From: Camelus ferus
Lineage: Eukaryota
Assembly: GCF_009834535.1 (NCBI RefSeq)
Contig: NC_045707.1
Location: forward strand, 6,200,001-6,264,000
DNA length: 64,000 nt
Direction: 5' to 3'
Shown: in pieces, positions 26,496 through 35,985 of the stretch
Position numbering within the stretch: position 1 is the first letter of the stretch
Layout of the letters: every line of letters starts with the position of its first letter
Notes under the pieces: generated by a model
What the model saw: the letters and a program-made list of their open reading frames with translations, nothing else
Told to the model about the DNA's origin: nothing
The model's database searches: none
Translations under genes and position numbers: made by a program

Positions 26496-27432
26496 TTTTC
26501 TCTTTGGGAGAGTTGACAGAAATGGTTAAGTAAATGGAGTCAAGGGTTAAGGGGGATCAATGATGCCACTTTGTAAGATAACTACAAACTGGTACTCTGG
26601 CAGCAACACCCACAGATATTATCTCTGACTCCTGAATATTCTCGAGGCTTTGAAAAACTATAGAGAATACTCTGCTTAGTTGACTGGCCTAATTCCCTTA
26701 TAAATTATGGAAGTTGCAGGAACAGAACAGAAACGGGGGCTGCTTTGGTTGCAGGAAGACTTCTGCATAGGAAAGTCTTAGGTACTTAATCTACATGATG
26801 ATCTGTAACGCTGAGAGGCTGGATCATGTCGCTGGACTGTTTTATGTTCCTTGGAAACCACTGCTGAGTAAATGTGAGCTAGATGCCATCTCAAATATCC
26901 TCATAACATTCCTGTACAATGTGAAGTAGGGGAAGTGATATTGAGAATAATTCTCAGGGACAGAATGAGGTACAAGGATCCAAAGGTATCAGGTCACACA
27001 CTGCATGCAGACAAGTCAGACAGCAATTAACATTTATTAGGCATTCTCTGGTTGCAAGCTTATGCCAGATAAGAACTCTAGCTACAACCATGTAAAAGTT
27101 CAAGAAAATGTCCTTAATGAACTCTTCAGCTAGTTTAAGAATTATTGGTACTTTCTCTTCACTGCTGTTGTCTCACCATGGCATGTAGACTATAAATAAT
27201 TACCAAACACATACCATGTACCAGACATTCTGTAGGGGGAACTCCTATGGATGACTTACAGGGGTAGCAGAAAAATGTGGACCATACTTACAATACATGC
27301 CAGGCACTGTACCAAGAACTGGGGAAAAGGAGAGAGAAATATACAAACCAAGGTCCTCTCTCTAGAGGGAACGTAACCTAGCTGGTGGATCAGATCAAGC
27401 AGGATATGATTTGACAGTCAAAGATAAATACA

Positions 27433-27567
27433 GGGGAAGAGGGTATAGCTTAAGAGGTAGAGCACATGCTTAGCATGCATGAGGTCCTGGGTTCAATCTC
27501 TACTACCTCCTCCAAGAATAAATAAATACTAAATAAACCTAATTACCTCTCCCCACCGAAAAATAAC
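27433..27567 (+). mobile_element. tRNA-Ala-derived SINE, long-tail type
   Basis: gggtatagcttaagaggtagagcacatgcttagcatgcatgaggtcctgggttcaatc..., tail aaacctaattacctctcccc; TSD aagataaata (27421-27430, 27568-27577). Confidence 0.9.
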
Positions 27568-28706
27568 AAGATAAATATAAATCAGAGCTTAGGACAAGAG
27601 AATGTTCCAGTCACCAACTAAAATGATGTTCCTTGGCACTTTATGACCTTTCTCATCTCCTTAAATAAGAGAACACTTATGGTGTAAGAAACAGTTTTCT
27701 CTCGTCTAGTATGTCCCTCTTCTTAGAGGTAGACAGGATCCAAGGGCAGAGATGGCTGAGTTGTTTCTCCTCAACACGGAAACATCCTACCAAAAGGACT
27801 TGTGAAAGGACAACACGGTGTAATGGAGACATCACTAGGTTTAGTCAGACCTCCTAGGCTTGCCACTGATTGCTGGCTGAGGGACTATAAAATGGGGGTA
27901 ATGATAACCCCTACTTGACAAAGTTATTGTGAAGAATAAGGGAGATAATATCTAATTAAACTACCTACTCTTTGCACAAGGGAGTATTAAAGTTATTTAT
28001 CTTTTGCCTTTTCCTAGATTAGGTAACCAGATACCTTTCATTAGTGCATTGGTACTATATCACACTTCCTTTTATTGTGTCATAAGAAGTATAAAAGCTG
28101 ATTCCTGGGTTTTTTCCCCTCAAGAAGCCTGCTTTTGGTATAGATCTAGAAGCCCTCTATCCTGGCATCTGGCTCAAGGAGTTGAATAACTAGCCACTGC
28201 CATCACACAATGTAAAGGGGGAAAAATGTCATGAGCAGAATCACAATCAATTTTGCAAAAGTCAAATCAAAGGCATTCTCTAGCCACTTAGAGCTGAAGT
28301 CAACTTGAATTGTCTCATATTGAAGTCACCACATCCACCCAAACAGTTCCTTATGATAGTAAGGAGAATTACTGAGTGGCTATTACACAGTATGCACTGT
28401 CCTAGAACTTAAAAACGCAGGATATTGTTTCTGAATAAAAGTAACGAGCGAGACATCAAAGGAAGAGAGGGCTTTCCAAACTGCCGGTGTTGACAAAAAT
28501 TTCCTTCTCTTGCATTTTTGTCCTTGATGCAAAATAACTATCTTTTGTTGGACTACACCCAGTTTGGCTCACAGAACTTCAAGAAATTATAACCTACGTG
28601 AGGAGCTGAACATACTCATCTTCACAGACCACAGGCATTTGCTGTGGATGGCAAAGTATTACTAAATAAAAGGAAAGATGAGATAAAAAGCTTAGTATAC
28701 NNNNNN

Positions 28707-28873
28707 NNNNNNNNNNNNNNNNNNNNNNNNNNNNNNNNNNNNNNNNNNNNNNNNNNNNNNNNNNNNNNNNNNNNNNNNNNNNNNNNNNNNNNNNNNNNNN
28801 NNNNNNNNNNNNNNNNNNNNNNNNNNNNNNNNNNNNNNNNCGTAGGAGTCACAGATCACACACTTGCCATCAC
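28707..28873 (-). CDS. PHF5A: PHF5A exon 3 (mostly in N-run)
   Basis: ttttcctcacAG|GT GAT GGC AAG TGT GTG ATC TGT GAC TCC TAC G = DGKCVICDSY visible at 28873-28841. The end at 28707 is inferred from the 167 nt needed for the known 110-aa protein, which fits the 140-nt N-run. Confidence 0.88.
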
Positions 28874-29380
28874 CTGTGAGGAAAAGAGAACGGAATTATG
28901 CCCACTTGCAGGTACCTCAGATCCTTTGCCCTCCTCCTGCTATGTGGAAATACACTAGTTTCCTTTTGACAGTGACTTTGGGGCCCTTTACATTGGCTTC
29001 ACAAAACTTGGCTTACCAAGTCCATCTCAATCTCCCGAACACATAGGAAACGTTAATCAACTAATAGGGAAAGAGCTTAGACTAGCACCTCGTACTTAAG
29101 CCTATATAATTGGCAGAACATTGTGTGTGCTGGGAACGGGGTCATGCTACTTCTGGTCCAAAGCTAGAGATTTTCTCAAAACCTAAAGACAGTGTCTGAA
29201 ATGTGGAAGTTGGCATGGGGAGGTGGCCTTTAGTTGCAGCTTGGCATTCAGTGTTCACATGCTTCCAGTCACATCTACTCAAAGCCGTCTGAGTGGCACC
29301 GCTGGAAATGCCTGTTTGCTGGCTCCACATAAACTGTGAGTGGGAGGGGTGGGCTGTTTGGGGAGGCGTGTTCCACTCAC

Positions 29381-29404
29381 ATTTTTCACACAGTCTTCCA
29401 ATGG
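29381..29404 (-). CDS. PHF5A: PHF5A exon 2 (24-nt microexon)
   Basis: ttgcAG|CC ATT GGA AGA CTG TGT GAA AAA T|GTGAGT, encoding (A)IGRLCEK(C). Confidence 0.96.
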
Positions 29405-29825
29405 CTGCAAGGTCAAAAACGGTAAAGAGAAACAATTAGAATTAAGAAAGGGAAACATCCTCGAGCCTGAGGTAGGGACAGGAGCACCGAGAGCCTGCAG
29501 TGAGCCGCGAGGAGGTCTTATCCATCTTACCCTCATAAACTTCGATCCGAACCAAATCCACACCCTCCTGAAGCCCCTCCCAGGTCCCGGGCAAACCGAA
29601 TTTCTACGCATTCCGTCCCGGCAGCCCGCCTCCAGCTCCCAGCACGCGCACCCCCGCCCTCTTTTCACCAGAGACCACAAACCCGCGCGCTCCTACACTA
29701 CCGACTGTGAGGCGGGAAATATGGCGCCTCCGAGGCAAGACCCTAAGGAAGTGATGGGAACCTCGGACTCCTCAGGTCCTAATAGCATCCCGACCCAGAC
29801 AACCGGGGGCAGGAAGCTGTCTCAC

Positions 29826-29877
29826 CAACACCAGCCTGCTTGCGGCAAAAGATCAAGTCCGGATGATGTTTAGCCAT
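29826..29877 (-). CDS. PHF5A: PHD finger protein 5A (SF3b subunit), exon 1 (52 nt)
   Basis: ATG at 29877; encodes [17 protein letters not shown] plus 1 nt; donor GTGAG at 29825. Confidence 0.97.
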
Positions 29878-30407
29878 AGCTCCATTCAAGCCAACGGAAG
29901 CCTAGGAAACTTCCGTCCGACCTTTAACCGCTATTGTTCCTGCCTCCTGGTCGCCGTGATTGGTCTTCTAGGCTTCCATCAACGATTATAATCTTTGCAT
30001 GAAGCGTCCCCCCCCCTCCCGTTCTCGCGAGATCAAAACCCTTAAATTCCGAATATGCGTTTCCGTCGAAACTGGGGAGCCAGGTCCTGGCAGGTGAGTA
30101 AGAGTAATTAAAAAAAAAACCCAAACAAGCTTTCCTAGATTTGGGTGGAAGAGACAAGTTGCAAAGAGCAAATGTGAAATTTGCACTTATATAAGCCATT
30201 TTTGTGCCCGATATTTACTTTCCGAAAGTGTTTTTATGCAGCTCTCCCCCATACGGGTTCCTAACACGGGAGCTCCGCCCACTGCGTTCGCAGGGTTCCG
30301 GCGCCTCTGCGGAGGGCCGCATTCACGGTGACGCATTTCTCTCCAGGCCACGCCCCCTTCCAGAAGGCTTTAAATATGCCGTTTGTAACGTCACTTTCAA
30401 GCGACTT

Positions 30408-30430
30408 CATCTTTGTCAGTGCACAAAATG
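30408..30430 (+). promoter_or_regulatory. ACO2: 5'UTR iron-responsive element (IRE) of mitochondrial aconitase
   Basis: CAU-C-UUUGU-CAGUGC-ACAAA-AUG: canonical CAGUGN loop (30417-30422), 5-bp upper stem, bulged C (30411), and a lower stem pairing CAU with the AUG. Matches the established mammalian ACO2 IRE. Confidence 0.95.
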
Positions 30431-30463
30431 GCGCCTTACAGCCTACTGGTGACCCGACTGCAG
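30428..30463 (+). CDS. ACO2: Aconitase 2, mitochondrial, exon 1 coding part (36 nt)
   Basis: MAPYSLLVTRLQ then CAG|GTGAGC; start of the mitochondrial presequence. Confidence 0.96.
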
Positions 30464-32699
30464 GTGAGCAAACTAAAGGCTCTCTAGGTTCACGGGGGCG
30501 GGGTGCCTCCTCCGGTGCTTGCGGCTATGGGCGAGGCAAGGTGAGGCGGGCCCGACCTCCGGCCGACTTTTCGTGTACCTGTTCCTGCCGCAGGCCCAGC
30601 GCCCGTGCCCGCTCCTCCGGCGCCCGAGGTCAAGGCGTCCCCGGCTCGGTCAACTCTCCCAGCCCTGTTCCCGCCCCGCTGGACTCGTGGGTCTAAGAAG
30701 CGGCGGCCGGGTGAAGAGTGCAGGCGTCTCTTTCTTATTTTTGAGGGCTGCCCTTTCCTCCCCCCGTAGGGTTTTTTTTTTTTTTTTCTGTTCCTCAAGG
30801 TGAGGACAAGGTGACTGGGGGGCGCGGTGGTTGTTGAGCCCGCTAGGCCCAGAACCTGAAGGCCTCACTTCTCATCTCTCCAGCAGCAGAGCAAGCCAAG
30901 TGCATATATGGTTGCCAAACTTGGAGAAAAAACTATTACCTATTTCATCTTGTGGGGATTCTGCGGAACATACAGCCAAGAATTCGAGGGCGTCTTCTGT
31001 GCCCAGACGTAGTAAATAGTAACGATATCAGTAGTCTCTCACTTCTGCACAAGATTGCAAAACTTAATTCCTCCCCATATCATTTAATTTATACAATCAT
31101 TTGGTGAGACGATTATTCTCATTTGATAGGTGATGAAACTGCTAGAAAGCAGATAAAAGTTCCTGCTCTCTGACTTACCAAAGCCTGTGGCCTGAGTATC
31201 TTACTGCCGCGCTGTTCTCCTTGTTCAAGTCACCTTGCCCTCAAAGAACTTTCTGAGCCAGAGTGTGATCCTGGAGCTGACATTCGTATTTGTGAGAGTA
31301 TGAGAATGGGGTATTTTGAGCTCATAATTAGTTGCCTTTCGTTTACTAGATGGGAGGGTAAAAGACTCAACAGTTTGACCTTGACTGTCCTATTATGAAC
31401 TACCTAGAAAATTGACTGACTGTCAAATGTTTTTTTCACTCCTAACTTGACAACCCTAGGAAGATGTTATACTCAAAAGGTTCAATATCAAGCATGCATT
31501 TCATTAGTAAAAGTAAAGCACGTAGGCATTTGTAGACATTCTCTCACAACCTTTTTCATTTAACTTTGTGAATCTACTCTGGATCAAGGAGCACAACTTT
31601 GATTATAGATTTAAAAAAGAAGTTATGTACTGTGCTCTCAGAAAGTGTTAGCAGAAGTCTTTTTTTTTTAAATTCCTTTGCTTAAATTTAAACCTTGTGA
31701 TTTAAAGTGAAATCATCATTTATCTTAAAATACTTAGGATCTCTCAGTTCTGGGCAAAGACAAGGGATTCACCCTAATTATCTCTTCAGATCTTCCGATT
31801 CTCCAGGTTAACAATGTGGAAATCGTTTCTTCCTGATCTTGCTGTCCTATGATGTAGTGAAGTGAGGCAAATTTATTTGCTAAATTATTGCAGATACATT
31901 GAGCTTGGGATGAGAGGACTAAAACCGCAGTATTTTTGAACTGAAAAAGAGTCTTGAAAAACATGAGCCTTAGACCTGTATGGGAAGAGATCTGGACCAT
32001 AGTTCATATTCTACCCTGACCAAGTGACCTTGAACTTGGGAACTGAATCCCAGTTTCCACATCTGTCAGTTAAGGATGATCTTCATTGATAAACATTTAT
32101 TGAGTATTTGGTGATCAGCTTTGATTCAGATGATTATGATGATTGTTCTAAAGTGATGAGAAAGAATATATTTGTTTATGATCATCATGTCATCCAACTT
32201 CCTCTTCTACACACAGACAATCCAAGACCTTGAGAACTTGGATCTCCTTGTTGTTCATTTAGCTGAGATGAATGAACAGCATTATACCCCAGTGTCTCCT
32301 AATAGCCATGCTGTCTTCAGTAATGGCCAGTTACCACTGTCCTCTGGAAACCTTGTAAATTTACCTCTTTTGTGTTTAGCTACATTTGAGAAATGATGCT
32401 ACTGCCTTATTTGCCATGTCTGCAGAACCCTGTCCATGCATTCAGTTGATTACTACCTCATTCACCACATATTTACTGAGTACCCATCATTTGCTCTGGG
32501 TACAATGAGAAGCAAAGCAGACAATTCCTGTTCTCATGGAACTTCAGCTATGTCCTAATGTATTCTACTTCAGAGGACCTTGGAGATCTTTCTCAGCTAA
32601 AATATTCTTCTTTTGCTCTTGGCAGAAAACCAAAGGTCTTCCTGGCTGTACCATGACTGGACCAAAGGTGAAGATGATAGAATGATGGCAGTTACTACT

Positions 32700-33045
32700 A
32701 CCGCTAAGAGTAGCTAACATTTACCTTACTGTGTGCCAGTAGTCTCACATGACCCCATGAGATAAGGCAGATTTACTAGCCCTGTCTTATAGATGAAGAA
32801 ACAGAATTAGAGCAGAAGCATAGTGTCATGGCTAAGAGCATGGATTCTGGCATCACACTACTTATTTGAATGTGACTCTGATACTCGTTAGCTGTGACTT
32901 TGGGCAAGTTACTGTACCTCTCTGTGCCTGTTTCCTCACCTGTAAGAAATGGATAACAGGACATCTGACTTATCTAATAATCATATTATAGTTGCAAAGT
33001 ATTTGGAGCTGCTGGCAACTAGTAAGTGCTATATAATTGTTAATA
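32700..33045. mobile_element. Adjacent MIR fragments in opposite orientations
   Basis: Minus-type ttatagatgaagaaacaga at about 32787-32805, then plus-type gctgtgactttgggcaagttactgtacctctctgtgcctgtttcctcacctgtaag. Confidence 0.65.
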
Positions 33046-33799
33046 AAAATAAACCTATCTGGGGCCTTATTGCTAGTTGTTAGCAGATGTGATTTGAATC
33101 TGCACCTTTCTGATTCCCAAGCCTAGGGTCCTAGCACCTGTATTGTAGTACTGCTTCCCTTTGGCATCAAGGCTTAGCCTGCCAACCAGGCTACCATTAA
33201 TGGTCCATAACCAGAGAACAGTGCTCTTCAAGTGGAAAGTGTTCTGTTGTTGGACAGTACTTGCTACCAGATAGGAAGATTAGAAACAGAGTGAAGAAAA
33301 TGGAGGTGACATTTTGGAAAGCTGAGATGAATGAACTCTCTCTTTTTTTAAAATTAGTTTTAGGGTAAGTGACTATGGATGGTAAATAAGGGGTTGGGCA
33401 CTTGCAGATACATTTGTTAAGTCTTTGATTTTGCTTTGAGGAACTGGGACTCTGAGTTCTTATCATATGACCTTGGAGAAGTCATGTATCCTTTTGCATG
33501 TAAATCTGAAATGGCAGTTAACTACAAAGAAGTTTGACATATTTGGCAGAAGTTAAAAATGCTTCCGTAAAAGTGCTGTGTTAAAAAAATCTTGCTTTGA
33601 ATTGTGAAATAGGTCATTCTGGTTGCATGTTCATTATGGTACCTTCTCATGTCCTATAGTCAGCTATTGATTTGAATTGAGTGAGTAAATGAATGATTAA
33701 TGGATGGGTAAATAAACTTCCAATCTCAAATTTGGGCAAAGGGAGTAGAATCACCATCTTGAGGACTAGGGCAGTACACCATTGCCTTTTGAACCAACT

Positions 33800-34560
33800 G
33801 TTCCTAAAATGTTTATTGAAAACTTGTTATATGCCTAGCACTGTTGTAGACACGAGGAGTGTAATAATGAACAAATAGTGGAGCTTATGTTGTAGTTCTG
33901 GGGAGACAAACAAGAAATTGTGGCTATGAAGTGATACATGGAAGATAAAACAAGATAGTGTTGTAGAGAGGAGGGGGGAGGGTGTGGCATGGCTTTAACT
34001 GGGGTAATTGGGGAAGGCCTCTCAGAAGAGGTGACATTTGAGGTGATACTTAAGAAGGCAGCCCCTTCAGCATTTTGGGAGGGGAAACTTCAAGTAGAAG
34101 GAGCAGCATGTGCAGAGCACCTGAGATAGGTCTGAGTTAGTGTGTTGAGGATAAGAAATAAGGCCAGCATGGCCAAGGTGATGAGAGGAAGGTCTGAGCA
34201 AGAGGTGGGAGCCAGGATTATGTCTGCTTTGGTAAGGAAATTGCGTTTTACTCCAAGTGTAATGAAAATCCACTGGAAGGTTTTAAGCTGTGAAGTGACA
34301 GGATCTGATTTATGGCTGAGGAGAATCATTCGGGCAGCTGCGTGGATGATGGACCCAGAGGGACAAAAGAGGAGGCAGGGAGAATTATCCAAGGAGCGGT
34401 GAAGGTATCTGGGACTAGGGTTCTGGAGGTGGCGATCTTTTGGAGGCAGTTGGATTGGATGTGGAATGTGAGTGACAGGGAGTAATTAAGGATGGCTCCC
34501 GGGTTTGGGGTCTGAGCAACTGAAGGATGCGTGAACTTGAATTCAGTAGTCATGTATTTG
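33800..34560 (-). mobile_element. LINE-2 3' portion
   Basis: aatgtttattgaaaacttgttatatgcctagcactgttg...ccactggaaggttttaagctgtgaagtgacaggatctgattt. Confidence 0.82.
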
Positions 34561-34807
34561 CATAGTACTTGTTAAACTTAGTCGAGGGCTGAAGCTCCTT
34601 TATAAATTCTTGACCCTTTTATCAGCTCTCAACAAGTACCTGTACTTCACAGGTGAGGAAGCTGGATGGACTCAAGTGTCTTGCCCCAGGGTTTCTCATT
34701 TGAGTGTGAGCATCATGTCTGAAGTGAGCGCTGGTCATCTCAGGCCTTACTGTGGTACCTAGTGTCTTCAAGAGGGTCATCTGGGAAGTATTTTAAATGA
34801 GTGTTGG

Positions 34808-34901
34808 GAGAGGAGGGTAGAGCTCAGTGGTAGAGCACGTGCTTAGCATGCACAAGGTCCTGGATTCAATTCCCAGTGCCTCCACTGAATAAAATAAAAT
34901 A
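34808..34901 (+). mobile_element. tRNA-Ala-derived SINE, short-tail type
   Basis: SINE body plus (AAAAT)n tail; perfect 13-nt TSD aaatgagtgttgg (34795-34807, 34902-34914). Confidence 0.92.
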
Positions 34902-35039
34902 AAATGAGTGTTGGTGCTTGAGTGGTCTGCCTTCACTGGCTCCAGCTTTCTTCCCAGCACGTGATTTAGAAGGCGGTGGTGGGCTCTGGTCCCCGTAGCA
35001 TAAAGGAGGGGAGGGACTGCACGGAAGCCACTTGCAGAG

Positions 35040-35410
35040 ATGGGGTGGTGGAGTTGGGGGGGTATTGAATGAAGTTTGTTAAGAGGTACACTTCCAGTCA
35101 TAAGATAAATAAGTACTAAGGATGTAATGGTCAACATGATAAATATAATTCATACTGCTGTGTGTTATATATATGAAAGTTGCTGAGAGAGTAAATCCTA
35201 AGCGTTCTTTGTCACAAGGAAAAAATATATTTTTTCTATTTTTAAAATTTTGTATCTATATGAGATCATGGATGTTCACCAAACATGTGGTAATTATTTC
35301 ATGATGTAAGTCAACTCATTATGCTGTATACCTTAAAATTTAAGTAGCCGTATGTCGATTATATCTAAATAAAACTGGAAGAAAAAAATTTAAAAATTAA
35401 AAAAGGATTT
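35040..35410 (+). mobile_element. LINE-1 3' end (L1MA/Laurasiatherian type)
   Basis: ttccagtcataagataaataagtactaaggatgtaat...gagagtaaatcctaag...ttatatctaaataaaactggaa followed by an A-rich tail. Confidence 0.85.
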
Positions 35411-35799
35411 AAAAATAAACCAAAAAAGAAAAAGCAGAAACCAGAGGGAGACTTCCTCTACCACCGACTTATCATGTAGCTTCAAGCAAGGTCTCCACCC
35501 TCTGTGGCTCTCAGGTTACACATCTGCAGAATGGGACGATTCATAGCTCCCCTCCCATTAAGAAGATCCTGAAGGCCTAATAGTGTTTGGAAAGTTCTTT
35601 AAACTTTATAATGCACTATAAAAATTTGTGAATCATTTCCAGTGTTATTTTAGGAACAGGCCTTTGCTAACATTGAGACAAAGGACAGACTTTTTCCTTA
35701 GATTGTTCCAGAAGGAACTGTAGAAGCTCCTTATTTAGGGGATCCTAAAAGGCATGGAGAATGATTTTTGTGGGTTCATTCTGCAAAGCTTGGGCCAAA

Positions 35800-35985
35800 G
35801 GAAAAGGCACCAGTTTTGCTGTGTGGCCCTGGGCAAAATAGTTGAGTCCCAGAGTCTCGGTTTCATCATCTGTAAAATGGGCACAGTATCTTCTGCCTCT
35901 CTGGGTGGTTGTGAGTATTAATGGGACTGTGTGTATAAAGCACTTGGGGCAAATCTGGCGCAGGGTATAGGCACCTGGTGAAAGT
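35800..35985 (+). mobile_element. MIR SINE
   Basis: gctgtgtggccctgggcaaa...ggtttcatcatctgtaaaatgggcacagta. Confidence 0.75.

Larger units (their letters stand above)
29500..30850. promoter_or_regulatory. Bidirectional CpG-island promoter of PHF5A (-) and ACO2 (+)
   Basis: Divergent ATGs 551 nt apart (29877 and 30428). Motifs seen: ETS-type CGGAAG 29895-29900 and CTTCCG 29910-29915, CCAAT (ATTGG) 29959-29963, TCTCGCGAGA 30023-30032, CRE half-sites 30329-30334 and 30388-30393, TATA-like TTTAAATA 30369-30376. Confidence 0.9.

Noticed and set aside
34808-34885. tRNA-Ala(AGC)-like gene (likewise the other five copies)
   Set aside because: TSDs, A-rich tails and mismatched acceptor stems mark these as SINEs, not tRNA genes.
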